Shown here: piece by piece, positions 31,272-41,767 of the stretch | Position numbering within the stretch: position 1 is the stretch's first letter | Layout of the letters: every line of letters begins with the position of its first letter | IMG/VR virus record: IMGVR_UViG_3300027708_000016 | DNA: 64,000 bases | Source: a virus | Lineage: Duplodnaviria > Caudoviricetes | Strand: one strand, 5' to 3' | Notes under the pieces: model-generated | What the model was told of the DNA's origin: nothing | Databases searched by the model: none | Seen by the model: the letters and a program-made list of their open reading frames with translations, nothing else | Program-made: the position numbers and the translations under genes

Positions 31272-31673
31272 ATGACTTGGGAACAATACGCTCTTAAACT
31301 TGCAGAAGTTGCTGCACACAAATCTAAAGATCCTTGGCAAACCGTAGGATGTTGTCTTCTAAGGCATGATAATAGTGTTGCATCGTTAGGTTATAATGGT
31401 TTCCCTGCTGGAATGCAAGAAGATTGGAATGATAGAGATGAACGCAGAAAGTATGTTGTTCATTCAGAGATTAATGCATTAAGATACGTAAAGCCCAATG
31501 AGTGCTATTTAGCGGCAACAACTTTATTACCTTGTAATGATTGTTTAAAATCTCTTGCTGCTTATGGTATCAAAAAAATTGTCTATAAAGACCTTTATAA
31601 ATTTGACCCATCAACTCTTGAACTTGCTAAAAAATTCGGAATTGAATTAATCAATATCGTGACGGTAGACTAA
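31272..31673 (+). CDS. dCMP deaminase
   Basis: SKDPW, GYNGFP, VVHSEINAL, PCNDC. Confidence 0.92.
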   Translation: MTWEQYALKLAEVAAHKSKDPWQTVGCCLLRHDNSVASLGYNGFPAGMQEDWNDRDERRKYVVHSEINALRYVKPNECYLAATTLLPCNDCLKSLAAYGIKKIVYKDLYKFDPSTLELAKKFGIELINIVTVD

Positions 31674-31697
31674 TACGTTAGCTACCTTATCTGATTT

Positions 31698-31946
31698 TTA
31701 GGCTTTACCTATAAGACTTTTTGCTTTTCTGATAAGGTCAGAAATAAAAGGAATTAAATCCACCACATCACCTTCATCAACTTTTTTTACAGCATCTGTG
31801 ATATTATCAATTGATGTTTCAAGATTGGCAGAATTTGCTGACGGGGTTTCCTCTGGTGGTGTTGGTGTAACTTCGGATGAATTAACTTCGTTTGAAGTAA
31901 CTTCATCATAGGCTTCCATTAAATTAAGGATATCCTTTTTATTCAT
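31698..31946 (-). CDS. Small acidic protein, putative internal head protein
   Basis: MNKKDILNLMEAYDEV leader; TAAATA upstream. Confidence 0.6.
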   Translation of the reverse strand: MNKKDILNLMEAYDEVTSNEVNSSEVTPTPPEETPSANSANLETSIDNITDAVKKVDEGDVVDLIPFISDLIRKAKSLIGKA

Positions 31947-31976
31947 ATGGAATATTTACCCACACGAATACCAAAA

Positions 31977-32213
31977 TTAGAAATTTATTTTAAATGTTGT
32001 ATATGTTCTTACTCTACTAATGCTATTAAAATTATTATAATCAATAAAATTTTCCCCACTTAATAGTATCGATTTCGATACCTTTAACCCATAAAGATTT
32101 TCTAATTTTTCTCTTGCTATTTCTTTATCTTGTAATCCAATATAGTTTATACTATTAGTATCTGCAAAACAAACACTTACAAATAATAAACTACATACGA
32201 GAAATAATTTCAT
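31977..32213 (-). CDS. Small secreted hypothetical protein
   Basis: Signal-peptide-like MKLFLVCSLLFVSVCFA. Confidence 0.5.
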   Translation of the reverse strand: MKLFLVCSLLFVSVCFADTNSINYIGLQDKEIAREKLENLYGLKVSKSILLSGENFIDYNNFNSISRVRTYTTFKINF

Positions 32214-32586
32214 GAAATTCCCTAGGGATAATTACATTACTTGGGTAATTTTTAAACATAGGTGCAACATCTTCTGGTGTCCATCCTGCTAATCCGCAAC
32301 CAACAGGCGTTAAAAGAAAAGTTTTATCGGGATTTTCTTTGGCAAAATCCAAAAAATCAATTATATGTCCTTGAATTTCAGTTAAAGGAAGAGTCCATAT
32401 ATTTTCATCTTTAGTAGGAAGAGCATAACATCTTCCTGTCATTCCAATACCGACTCCAAACTTTGCACCAAATACTTTATGTGCAAATCTTGCTGCTCCT
32501 GCTCCATGTATTCCAGCAAGATTGCTTCCAAATACAAATACTTCATTAGGTTTAAGTTCTATTATGTGATCAGGAGTATATTTCAT
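32191..32586 (-). CDS. Conserved phage protein (A1S_2505-like family)
   Basis: NEVFVFGSNLAGIHGAGAA, YALPT, TPVGCGLAG. Confidence 0.8.
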   Translation of the reverse strand: MKYTPDHIIELKPNEVFVFGSNLAGIHGAGAARFAHKVFGAKFGVGIGMTGRCYALPTKDENIWTLPLTEIQGHIIDFLDFAKENPDKTFLLTPVGCGLAGWTPEDVAPMFKNYPSNVIIPREFHEIISRM

Positions 32587-33566
32587 ATTTTTTTAAAAAC
32601 AAATGTTGGCTCGTATTTAAATCCGCCTTTTGTGATACTGGATAGTTGGAGTTTAAGAGTTTCAATCAATGTAAAGCCTTCTTCTTGTGCAATTCTAACT
32701 GTATCATCTTCCAAGGTTTTATGACTGATTACATTTGCTACATTGAGTATCATATGACCATTCCATTTAAGACAACTATAGCAGTTTTGTATCGTCTTAC
32801 GCAAGAAGTTTTCATTCCAAGAATCAACATTATCATAGGCTAAATAACTCTGTGTTGCTTCGTCTGAATACTTTTCAGTATTAAAATAAGGAGGAGAGGT
32901 AAAACATAAATCTACATCTTGAGAGAATATAAACTGGTCTTCGCTACCTCTTTTTTGAATCAATGAATACATTCCTGCGTATTGAAAATCTTTCTGCATT
33001 TGTTGTAACCCATTAAAGGTTTCTGTACTGGGATCAGAGCCATAATAGAACCTAACAGCACCACTTACCAATGCCCCTAGATATCTACCACCAAAGCCAC
33101 AAGACATATCCCAAACAACTCCACCACCTGCATAGGTTTGGTAAATTGCTGCTGCTGCTGACGGTCTGAAGTTTGATACAGCTTGAACACCAGAATAACT
33201 TCTGATTGCTTTTCTGATTTGAGAATCTGTCATCGAACCATCGGGTTTAAGCATGGGAAACCCTCCCCTTTTTAATCTTCTTTCAACGGCTTTTTTAAGT
33301 AGATCTTTGTTCTCAAAAACTTCCATAGGAGTTTTCATATTGCGAGTCTTCACACTCCATGCATGAGGAAAGTATGACCATGCCAATCCCAAACCGTGCA
33401 TGGTTTGTCTTATCACACCCCCTTGAATAATTTTTGATATATCATATTTTTTGATTTTCTCTAATTCTCTTTTCTTTTCATCTAAAGAGAATTCATAGTA
33501 AGGAAATCCCCTGCTTAATACATAAGCATAGGCTGTATCCAAAACATTACTATCAAATGTGTACAT
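32583..33566 (-). CDS. DNA methyltransferase (amino-MTase type)
   Basis: WDMSCGFGGR SAM-binding motif, FTSPPYFNTEKYS catalytic motif. Confidence 0.8.
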   Translation of the reverse strand: MYTFDSNVLDTAYAYVLSRGFPYYEFSLDEKKRELEKIKKYDISKIIQGGVIRQTMHGLGLAWSYFPHAWSVKTRNMKTPMEVFENKDLLKKAVERRLKRGGFPMLKPDGSMTDSQIRKAIRSYSGVQAVSNFRPSAAAAIYQTYAGGGVVWDMSCGFGGRYLGALVSGAVRFYYGSDPSTETFNGLQQMQKDFQYAGMYSLIQKRGSEDQFIFSQDVDLCFTSPPYFNTEKYSDEATQSYLAYDNVDSWNENFLRKTIQNCYSCLKWNGHMILNVANVISHKTLEDDTVRIAQEEGFTLIETLKLQLSSITKGGFKYEPTFVFKKI

Positions 33567-33731
33567 TATCCTTTGATATCAAATTGGGATTAGATTCAAT
33601 AAGTCTAGAAATTATACTGATAATATCTCTAGGTGTAAAGGAAGAAACCCAATCACATTCTTCACAGATATGATCAACCTCTTCCATATAAAGCTTATAA
33701 AGCCTTTCTCTCTCTATCAATTGCTATATTT

Positions 33732-34034
33732 TCAAACATTTTTATCTTCCTCCTCAATGTATTTTTTTAAGAGATCTGTTATAATGTCATTTACAGAAAT
33801 ATCTTTATCGCAAGATTCCTTAATAAGCATTTTGAGGACTTCTACTGGAAAATCATCCAATTCAATTTCTATTTTTTTATATGGTATAAGCTCAACAGAT
33901 CCATCATCATGTGTTTTAAATGTAAACTTTTGACCTTTTTCCCATCCAAACTCTTTTAGTTCCTCTTCCGTAAATTGAATATAAACATCATCAGAACGTA
34001 ATACGGATTTTATAAATGTTTTATTTCTTTTCAT
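33732..34034 (-). CDS. AbrB/MazE-like DNA-binding protein
   Basis: YIQFTEEELKEFGWEKGQKFTF..DGSVEL. Confidence 0.6.
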   Translation of the reverse strand: MKRNKTFIKSVLRSDDVYIQFTEEELKEFGWEKGQKFTFKTHDDGSVELIPYKKIEIELDDFPVEVLKMLIKESCDKDISVNDIITDLLKKYIEEEDKNV

Positions 34035-34566
34035 TATATGATTCTATCAATTTTTCAAACGGATGCAAGTTTTTATTATCAACAAAATATGCAGGTTTTT
34101 GATTGAACGGGTTATTCGTTTTGGAAAATTTTGTATTACCAAAAGACAATTCTGTAACTTCTACAGCATCTTTACCGACAATCCAACCCATAATCTCAAC
34201 CTCAACGGTGTTTGTCACATCAAGATTAACCCGTGTGTAAACATATTTTCTTGAAAGATCATCATTATCCCTCAATATTAATTTTTTAAAAGATTTATCA
34301 ATGCTTGATCTGACTTCAATATCTGGTTCGATGTCAGGAACCCGATGATAAACCCCAACCTTTGGTTTGAAGTTTTTTATACCAAGTGCACGGGCAACAG
34401 CAAATTCACCAGAACAACCCACAAGTTGATTTTCTATTTGATATTCTATGGGTTTCCATCCACTATATCTATTAGCATTTAAACCTTTCTTTTCGGAATC
34501 TTTAAGGAATTCCAATGCTGATTCCTTTATCCTTTTGTATTCTTCTTCAGTAAAACGAATTTTCAT
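34021..34566 (-). CDS. Hypothetical protein, possible PD-(D/E)xK nuclease
   Basis: GCSGEFAVARALG...DIEPDIEVRS. Confidence 0.5.
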   Translation of the reverse strand: MKIRFTEEEYKRIKESALEFLKDSEKKGLNANRYSGWKPIEYQIENQLVGCSGEFAVARALGIKNFKPKVGVYHRVPDIEPDIEVRSSIDKSFKKLILRDNDDLSRKYVYTRVNLDVTNTVEVEIMGWIVGKDAVEVTELSFGNTKFSKTNNPFNQKPAYFVDNKNLHPFEKLIESYNEKK

Positions 34567-34874
34567 AAATCATTTTTATTCTTTTTTGCGTCCTTATAAT
34601 CTTTCTTTATATCATTTATAGTTTCTTGTTTAAGAACATTGAATTTTTTCTTAAATTCTTCATAATTCGTTAGATCATTGAATCTAAATTCAGGTCTATT
34701 TTTTGGTTTTTTTTCTGGATGGAAAAAATTGGTGTATATTGCTAGGACTGCAACAATCACAACTGCTGCAATAATTGTTTTAAAAGCACCAGTAATGATT
34801 TTTTCAACTATCCATATTGAACCAAGTATTAAAATTATAGTTAATAGAATTTCTAAAGGATTATTAAAGTTCAT
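34563..34874 (-). CDS. Membrane protein
   Basis: Two N-terminal hydrophobic helices. Confidence 0.55.
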   Translation of the reverse strand: MNFNNPLEILLTIILILGSIWIVEKIITGAFKTIIAAVVIVAVLAIYTNFFHPEKKPKNRPEFRFNDLTNYEEFKKKFNVLKQETINDIKKDYKDAKKNKNDL

Positions 34875-35427
34875 GAATCCTATTATATATTATATTAACA
34901 GCTTTGTCAACTGTCATTTCACCATGATAAGGACTTTTGGGTGTTATCCAGATTTCTGGATTTATTGGTGCTTCATAAGGAGAATCAATACCAGTAAAAT
35001 CTTTAATCTCTCCTGCACGAGCTTTCTTATACAAACCTTTAGGATCTCTTTCCTCGCAGACTTCTAATGGTGTGTCCATATGAACCTCAATAAATCTTGC
35101 ATCACAATATTTCTGCAATATTTCTCTTGCATTATCTCTCATGCATTTAAGTGGAGAAATCATTGCAACAATAACAAGATTAGTATTTTGGAAAGTAAGC
35201 ATGTTTTTTGTCATATAAATAGCTTCCGATACCATTCTTTGTCTACTTGTCATATCAAACCCAATAGGCTTATCACGATTTGCTCTTATTGCATCACCAT
35301 CAACTAATCCTGTTCTGAATTGAAATATACACTTCTCATACAAAGCAGTAGCAACAGTAGTCTTTCCAGCACCTGATAAACCTGTCAGCCATACAACAGT
35401 TGGTTTCATTTTAGTATTTTTTTCCAT
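34864..35427 (-). CDS. cysC: Adenylyl-sulfate (APS) kinase
   Basis: WLTGLSGAGKTT, DGDAIR, MISP, EERDPKGLYKKARAGEIKDFTGIDSPYEAP. Confidence 0.95.
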   Translation of the reverse strand: MEKNTKMKPTVVWLTGLSGAGKTTVATALYEKCIFQFRTGLVDGDAIRANRDKPIGFDMTSRQRMVSEAIYMTKNMLTFQNTNLVIVAMISPLKCMRDNAREILQKYCDARFIEVHMDTPLEVCEERDPKGLYKKARAGEIKDFTGIDSPYEAPINPEIWITPKSPYHGEMTVDKAVNIIYNRIHEL

Positions 35428-35677
35428 ATTAACCCATATCCCATATATATGCCTCTTTATCTTTTCTCTCTACCTGTTCAAGCTCTCTAGGAATTTTTTC
35501 TTTCATTAAAAAATCTAATATAAAATATATACACCATTCTAGTATTTTATCAAAAGTTTTCATATTAATATTCAATCCTAAACCAAAGCCATTCGACAAA
35601 TTTTCTTAATTTACCACATCTTGTATCCATTACATAGTAAGAGTCAGGCTTGGATCTAAAATCTGTTATATAAAATT

Positions 35678-35908
35678 TCATTTGTTTAAATCTAAATTGT
35701 ATTCTTTCATTAGTCTCCAAAGCTCATCTCTTACCTTTGCCATTGTATCAGTAAGAATAGGATCTTCTCTATCGGATGGATACTTGACAAAGTTTCTAAG
35801 ATATTGATCTAAATCCCAAATAACAGAATAATACTTTGAAGCATTATTAGCTGTTTCAAACTCATCTTGTTCTTCAGGGAGGTTATACTCTATGTTTACT
35901 TTTGGCAT
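35678..35908 (-). CDS. Hypothetical phage protein
   Basis: [12 protein letters not shown]...WDLDQYLR pattern common in phages. Confidence 0.65.
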   Translation of the reverse strand: MPKVNIEYNLPEEQDEFETANNASKYYSVIWDLDQYLRNFVKYPSDREDPILTDTMAKVRDELWRLMKEYNLDLNK

Positions 35909-36825
35909 AATATAAAATCATTATACGCTAGTTTTATACCTTCTTCAAGATTTATTTTTGGTTTCCATCCTGTTTTAAATATCTCTGAACTATCTAAAAG
36001 CTTACGAGGTGTACCATCAGGTTTTGTTTTATCCCAAATAATTGTTCCTTTATATTCCACAACGCTTGCAACAATTTCTGTTAGTTCTTTAATTGTAACA
36101 TCAGAACCATAACCAACATTAATCCAATCTAACGGATCTTTAATTAAAAGACTTGTTAAGATAGCTTCAGCTAAATCATCTGCACAAAGAAACTCTCTAC
36201 TAGCACTACCAGTACCCCATGCTGTTACTGTTGGAGAGTTGTTTATTTTTGCTTCATGAAATCTTCTAATAAGAGCAGGTAATACATGAGAGTTTTCTGG
36301 ATGATAGTTATCTCCTATACCATAAAGATTAGTTGGCATTAATGAATGAAACATCACACCATATTGTTTACGATAGTATTGACAGAGTTTAAGACCTGCA
36401 ATCTTTGCAATAGCATATGCTTCATTAGTTGGTTCCAAAGAAGATGATAACAGACAATCCTCTTTCATTGGTTGTTCCGCATGTTTTGGGTAGATACAGG
36501 AACTACCTAAAAATAAAAATCTCTTCACATTATTTTTATATGCTGCATGAATTGTATTAGAAGTAATCGCCAAATTATCATAAATGAATTCCGCAGGATA
36601 TGTATTGTTTGCATGAATACCTCCAACCTTTGCTGCTGCCATGATAACAACATCAAGGAGATTTTCAGCAAAGAAATTATTAACAGCTGTCTGATTAGTA
36701 AGATCTAATTCATCACGAGATTTAGTTATGATATTACTATAACCTTTTTCTTTAAGTAAACGAACCACAGCTGAACCAACCAAACCTTTGTGACCTGCTA
36801 CATATATTTTAGAATTGAGATTCAT
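35896..36825 (-). CDS. fcl: GDP-L-fucose synthase
   Basis: [55 protein letters not shown]. Confidence 0.96.
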   Translation of the reverse strand: MNLNSKIYVAGHKGLVGSAVVRLLKEKGYSNIITKSRDELDLTNQTAVNNFFAENLLDVVIMAAAKVGGIHANNTYPAEFIYDNLAITSNTIHAAYKNNVKRFLFLGSSCIYPKHAEQPMKEDCLLSSSLEPTNEAYAIAKIAGLKLCQYYRKQYGVMFHSLMPTNLYGIGDNYHPENSHVLPALIRRFHEAKINNSPTVTAWGTGSASREFLCADDLAEAILTSLLIKDPLDWINVGYGSDVTIKELTEIVASVVEYKGTIIWDKTKPDGTPRKLLDSSEIFKTGWKPKINLEEGIKLAYNDFILCQK

Positions 36826-37783
36826 GTTTTGCTAATTTTAAATCTGCTTCTGTCATAATTTTGACAAGCTCTTTAAATTTGACTTTTGGCTCCCACCCAA
36901 TCTGTCTTTTGAGTTTTGATGGATCACCGATAAGAAGATCAACTTCCGCTGGTCTCTCGTATCTTTGATCATACTTTACATATTCCTTCCAATCAAGATC
37001 AAGCAAGCCAAAACATTCTTCACAGAATTCTTTAATTGTATGTGTCTCATTGGTAGCGCAGACATAATCATCTGGATTATCTTGTTGAAGCATGAGCCAC
37101 ATCACCTCTGCATATTCTTTTGCATACCCCCAATCTCTTTTTGCATCTAAATTACCAAGATAAAGATCTTTCTGTAATCCCATTTTAATTCTGGTTGCAG
37201 CACGGGTAATTTTTCTAGTAACAAAAGTTTCACCACGACGAGGCGATTCGTGATTAAAAAGAATACCATTGGAAGCATGGATACCATATGACTCTCTATA
37301 ATTAACGGTCAACCAATATGCAAACACCTTTGCGCAGCCATATGGAGAACGAGGGTGAAATGGTGTGGTTTCAATCTGTGGCACTTCATGAACCTTACCA
37401 AACATTTCAGAAGATGATGCTTGGTAATAACGAATACCCTTTGAGTTTGTTTCTTTAATGGCTTCAAGTAATCTTATTGTACTAAGACCAGTTACATCAC
37501 CAGTATATTCTGGAATATCAAAAGATACTCTCACATGACTCTGTGCTCCAAGATTATAAACCTCATCAGGTTGCAGATCATATAACAATCTTGTCAATTG
37601 AGATGAATCTGATAGATCACCATAATGTAAATGTAATTTATCATATATATTTTCAATTCTCTGGGTATTAAAATTAGATGATCGACGGATTACACCATGA
37701 ACCTCATAACCTTTATCAACCAAAAGTTCCGCCAGATATGATCCATCTTGACCCGTGATACCTGTAATTAATGCTTTAGGCAT
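36809..37783 (-). CDS. gmd: GDP-mannose 4,6-dehydratase
   Basis: [54 protein letters not shown]. Confidence 0.97.
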   Translation of the reverse strand: MPKALITGITGQDGSYLAELLVDKGYEVHGVIRRSSNFNTQRIENIYDKLHLHYGDLSDSSQLTRLLYDLQPDEVYNLGAQSHVRVSFDIPEYTGDVTGLSTIRLLEAIKETNSKGIRYYQASSSEMFGKVHEVPQIETTPFHPRSPYGCAKVFAYWLTVNYRESYGIHASNGILFNHESPRRGETFVTRKITRAATRIKMGLQKDLYLGNLDAKRDWGYAKEYAEVMWLMLQQDNPDDYVCATNETHTIKEFCEECFGLLDLDWKEYVKYDQRYERPAEVDLLIGDPSKLKRQIGWEPKVKFKELVKIMTEADLKLAKHESQF

Positions 37784-38892
37784 AGTATATAGTTGTTAAG
37801 TTGATCAATCAGTAGTTTGTGAATTTTTAATTGTTCTTCAAGCTTTGTAACTTTTAAAGCTAAATCAGATGCTGCTTCTTCCCAAGACTTTTCTTTAGGA
37901 ATTTTATGACCTGTAATCTTACATTCTTCAAATTCTTGGAATTGATTATATTGTTTTGTTTTCTCATGACAATCACCACAAGCACATTTAAGAAAAGCAG
38001 TCTCATCTTCCTTATCACATTGTTCATCTAAAGATTTGTCTAAGTCTACTTCAACACCCTCTACTAAATCATTAGCCTTTTGAAGTAAATTTCCAATTAT
38101 ATCAGCACTACCAACAACAGGTATCTTATCATATTCTTCTTTTGTAATAGATTTTAATCTCTTTAACTCTTCTTCAAAAAAATTAACCTGATTATCCTTC
38201 TCAAAGACATAATCAACAATATCTTTTTTTAGCTTCTCTACTTCTTTCTCCAGTTCAAGTCTCTTTTCTAACTCTCTATCAGCACTTTTAGCTTCTTGTT
38301 CATAAGCTTTTTTCATACTCTCAAATGACTCTTTATACTCATTCCTTTCCTTATTAGCTGCATTCAGTTGATGTTTATACTCGTCTCTTTCTTTAGCACA
38401 CTTTGTATAATTGTTCTGCACGATTTGTAATTTTGCTTCCATATACTTTAGACCACCCATTGTAAGAAAACCATTATACTTCTCAAGAAGTTCGGTTTTT
38501 TCTTTTTCAAGCTTTTGATTAAGTTCACCAACTGGTTCACAAGCATAACATGAACCCTGATATCCATCTCTGTATTTTGCAAGTATTTCAATAAGATCAG
38601 CATTCTCCTTTTTGAGATCTATAAGAATCTTCTTAAGTTCTACATTTTCTTCTCTGAGTTTAAAAATCTTTTCATTACAAAGTTCTGGTTGGTGAACATC
38701 CCTTTTAAGCTCTTGGATTTCTTTTTTAAGATCATGGTTTTCTTTAAGAAACTGTTCAATTAATTCATTTTGTGCTTGTAACATACTAGGAGTTTGAGTT
38801 GGAGTCCAAACGTCTGGAAACCAAGCTGGAGTTAAATTAGAATCTTCTATGATCTTATCAAGAGATTTCTTTTTTGGGAATAAATTAAACAT
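37768..38892 (-). CDS. Coiled-coil hypothetical protein with CxxC motifs
   Basis: Heptad-rich; CYAC and CACGDC. Confidence 0.6.
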   Translation of the reverse strand: MFNLFPKKKSLDKIIEDSNLTPAWFPDVWTPTQTPSMLQAQNELIEQFLKENHDLKKEIQELKRDVHQPELCNEKIFKLREENVELKKILIDLKKENADLIEILAKYRDGYQGSCYACEPVGELNQKLEKEKTELLEKYNGFLTMGGLKYMEAKLQIVQNNYTKCAKERDEYKHQLNAANKERNEYKESFESMKKAYEQEAKSADRELEKRLELEKEVEKLKKDIVDYVFEKDNQVNFFEEELKRLKSITKEEYDKIPVVGSADIIGNLLQKANDLVEGVEVDLDKSLDEQCDKEDETAFLKCACGDCHEKTKQYNQFQEFEECKITGHKIPKEKSWEEAASDLALKVTKLEEQLKIHKLLIDQLNNYILCLKH

Positions 38893-38906
38893 AAATGTAG
38901 TATAGA

Positions 38907-39275
38907 TTAATCTGGTGCAATGTCAAGAACTTTCTTCTTAATGTCTTCAAGTTGTTCTTTATCATAACGAGTATGTTGATCCCATTCAGGATCTCCGTAA
39001 TGATCAAGAAAGTTATTAATTTCCATTAATATACCAAATTTTAATACATTGTGAATGAGCCAAACTTCTGCTTCGTGTTGAGTTTCAAACTCTTCTACAT
39101 CTCTTAAATAAGGCTGAAGAATATAACCAAAATGTTCTACTTCCCATTCCACTCTATCACCATAAAGATAATGAGTGCTTATTCTAAAGTGACAATCACG
39201 ATCTTTGTGGTAATCACCAGCAATTACATCATACCAGATTTTATTTAGTTCAATTATCTTTTCGTGATTTGTCAT
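38907..39275 (-). CDS. Hypothetical protein
   Basis: 122-aa ORF in operon. Confidence 0.6.
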   Translation of the reverse strand: MTNHEKIIELNKIWYDVIAGDYHKDRDCHFRISTHYLYGDRVEWEVEHFGYILQPYLRDVEEFETQHEAEVWLIHNVLKFGILMEINNFLDHYGDPEWDQHTRYDKEQLEDIKKKVLDIAPD

Positions 39276-39309
39276 TAAAAAATGATATCACAATAAAAAT
39301 TAAAGTCAA

Positions 39310-39492
39310 TTAAATTTGAAAGTCTTTTGATTTAGATGCTTGTTTAAGGTTTTTTCTTTTCTTTGCAAGTTTTTTATGTCTTTTTAGCATCTTTCTAAAT
39401 TCTGGTGAGATCATAAAAAGGAAAGAAACAAACCCTGCTACTAATAAAAAAACGGAGAAGCTTGCAATTAAATGTAAGGCTTCTCCGTTCAT
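39310..39492 (-). CDS. Small membrane protein
   Basis: Single TM helix plus basic tail. Confidence 0.5.
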   Translation of the reverse strand: MNGEALHLIASFSVFLLVAGFVSFLFMISPEFRKMLKRHKKLAKKRKNLKQASKSKDFQI

Positions 39493-39529
39493 AATAATAC
39501 TTATTCTTGAATGTTACGGAATTGTAACA

Positions 39530-40177
39530 TTAGTATCCCATATTAAGCTCTTGAGCTTGCTTTGTCAATTCATTTAAAGTTTCTTCACGATGATAATTCT
39601 CTCCAAATCCAAATATTTCTAATTCAATAGCTCCAAGCTCCATAGGAGTATAGTTGATATGCTCACAGGAGACACAGAAGTATCTTGGATCAATCTCATT
39701 CTTGTATACATATTCTTCCCATCTACTATCTAAATCGGGATATCTTGCGGTTCGATATACTTTCTTGTCGTGTATATGACCATGAACATTGATCTTATGA
39801 GCATTACCAAAGGTACTAGGATGCACAGGGATGTGACTCATGAGAATACCATTATCCAAACGATGAGTTGCACGAATATCTTTGAAATACTTTGCATACT
39901 CTTTCATCTCATAGATGTCGTGGTTTCCCTTGATAAGAATCTTCTTACCATTGAGTTTACCGAAGTTCTCAATATCTTTTCTTTTCTGAGCCACATCACC
40001 AAGAATATATATTTTGTCACTTGGATGAGTAACAACCTTGTTCCAGTTCTCAATCAAGGTAGCATCATGCTCCTCTACGCTTTTAAATGGACGCATAGGA
40101 TGTCCATCCTCTTTAACAAGACTGACCATGTCTGAGTCCCCAAAGTGGAGATCTGCAATCAGGAATATATTTTTCAT
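39530..40177 (-). CDS. Calcineurin-like metallophosphoesterase
   Basis: ADLHFG, LGDV, KGNHD, SHIP, VHGHIH. Confidence 0.88.
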   Translation of the reverse strand: MKNIFLIADLHFGDSDMVSLVKEDGHPMRPFKSVEEHDATLIENWNKVVTHPSDKIYILGDVAQKRKDIENFGKLNGKKILIKGNHDIYEMKEYAKYFKDIRATHRLDNGILMSHIPVHPSTFGNAHKINVHGHIHDKKVYRTARYPDLDSRWEEYVYKNEIDPRYFCVSCEHINYTPMELGAIELEIFGFGENYHREETLNELTKQAQELNMGY

Positions 40178-40410
40178 CCAAGCATCTTAACAGTATCTCT
40201 ATATGCTGTCAATGCTTTAATAATAGAATCTAGTTCTGTATTCTCAAAAGTCATAAATGATTTAGGTCTACGATTAGCATCAAAGTGACCAACATTTATA
40301 TCAGTATATGTCATTTCAGTCCAATCATAATTGTCTGGTGATTGTTTAAATGTAACAAGGAATTCATCCAATTTTACATTTACTTGTACGCTTGTATTTT
40401 TATTTTTCAT
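40174..40410 (-). CDS. Hypothetical protein, paralog of 45288..45524
   Basis: MKNKNTSVQVNVKLDEF...QSPDNYDWTEM closely matches the second copy. Confidence 0.7.
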   Translation of the reverse strand: MKNKNTSVQVNVKLDEFLVTFKQSPDNYDWTEMTYTDINVGHFDANRRPKSFMTFENTELDSIIKALTAYRDTVKMLG

Positions 40411-40615
40411 AAAGTTTACCATGAGGGTTTTTAAAATGCTCCCAAAGTCTTTCATGTACATAATAGAGAACAATCTTAGCAAAGAAGTCAAAGACTGATA
40501 CACCTAATGAGATAAAAGGCTTTCCTGTAAAGAATAAACAGGCTAGAAAAGTAACTAAAGAGCCAAAGATCCTATAAGAGATGGCTTTGAGTAATGATAC
40601 AGTTCTAGTTTCCAT
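40400..40615 (-). CDS. DUF2061 family membrane protein
   Basis: SLLKAISYRIFG...KIVLYYVHERLW. Confidence 0.8.
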   Translation of the reverse strand: METRTVSLLKAISYRIFGSLVTFLACLFFTGKPFISLGVSVFDFFAKIVLYYVHERLWEHFKNPHGKLYEK

Positions 40616-40621
40616 TATGCT

Positions 40622-40888
40622 TTAAGAGGAGGTGTCAAGTGATTTAGCCAAGCCAAGTTTATCTTGTACCTTACATAAAATTTTATTTAAATTTGCATCT
40701 AACTCCCAAGAAGCAATGCTTCTTGGGTCCCAAGAAGCATTTGACATACCATCTTTATCATATCTATTACCCAAACTTTCGATATATTGTTTGTTAAAAT
40801 TCAAATGACATACCCAATTATCATTTTCATCAAGTATAGATACATACACTGAAGAAAACCCATTATGTATTTCTGTCTTATATTTCAT
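40622..40888 (-). CDS. Hypothetical early protein
   Basis: Own promoter copy upstream; ends LDTSS within next repeat. Confidence 0.6.
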   Translation of the reverse strand: MKYKTEIHNGFSSVYVSILDENDNWVCHLNFNKQYIESLGNRYDKDGMSNASWDPRSIASWELDANLNKILCKVQDKLGLAKSLDTSS

Positions 40889-40906
40889 AATCTTATTCTA
40901 TGTGCT

Positions 40907-41134
40907 TTAGGAGGAGGTGTCAAGTTTTTGTTGATTCTTTTTGAATCTTACTAAACAATCAAAGATATAATCCTCTTCTTTATTTTGCATATTCTCTGGT
41001 ACATTCTGTAAAAACGAACCAATAATCATTAAACAATATTGAACAATTTCTTCTCTAGAAATAGAAGAAGTATTGAACTTAACACCTACACCATATTCAT
41101 CATTAGCTTTAAAAATTTCTAGTATATTCATCAT
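40907..41134 (-). CDS. Hypothetical early protein
   Basis: Own promoter copy upstream; ends LDTSS within next repeat. Confidence 0.6.
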   Translation of the reverse strand: MMNILEIFKANDEYGVGVKFNTSSISREEIVQYCLMIIGSFLQNVPENMQNKEEDYIFDCLVRFKKNQQKLDTSS

Positions 41135-41176
41135 AATATTCTATATGCTTTAAGAGGAGGTGTCAAGCTAAAATGC

Positions 41177-41767
41177 TTAAATCCAAACAAACAATACTCT
41201 ACGAATAACTTCTATTGGGTATTTAAAGTTTGTTCTATGTTTAAAAACAAACCATCCTAGTAATACAAAACAAAGCAACAAGACAGCTATAATAGTGTTA
41301 GGTTCAGGTAAGGGACAAATCTGATTACCAAAAGCTTGTCCAGTTCCTAGGAAATTAGTACCACTATAGAATACTATATTTTTTAAGTTACTACTATTTG
41401 GGACAGTAGTAAATTTTAAAACCTCTGATGTATTATTAGGATTATAGTTAATAATAGATAGAATATAATTATTAATGTTTATAAGACTATAAAAAGTAAG
41501 GAGAGTATTACCAGAGATTGTAGTAAAATCAATTGTACTATTAGCTGTTAGAGTAAGGGTTCCAAATGTTTGACTAATAGTTTTATCAGCAGTCCTATTA
41601 CCTCCATTGGACAATAATAAGGTTCCCCCATTTAGGACAACAGCAGTTCCTACAGTCTGTGGATTATTACCCTTTCCAACATTAAAAGTATCTTCAGAAT
41701 TAACAAGAATTACAGTACCAAAAGTATTACTAACAAAGAGTAGAAATATAGCAAGGAATCTAATCAT
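41177..41767 (-). CDS. PEP-CTERM sorting-domain surface protein
   Basis: Signal peptide; LNGGTL / GTLTLTANSTIDF beta-repeat; C-terminal LPEPN + TM helix + KHR. Confidence 0.75.
   Translation of the reverse strand: MIRFLAIFLLFVSNTFGTVILVNSEDTFNVGKGNNPQTVGTAVVLNGGTLLLSNGGNRTADKTISQTFGTLTLTANSTIDFTTISGNTLLTFYSLININNYILSIINYNPNNTSEVLKFTTVPNSSNLKNIVFYSGTNFLGTGQAFGNQICPLPEPNTIIAVLLLCFVLLGWFVFKHRTNFKYPIEVIRRVLFVWI

Noticed and set aside
35430-35680. Two or three ORFs under 50 aa between cysC and 35678
   Set aside because: Possible but without recognisable motifs; not listed as features.
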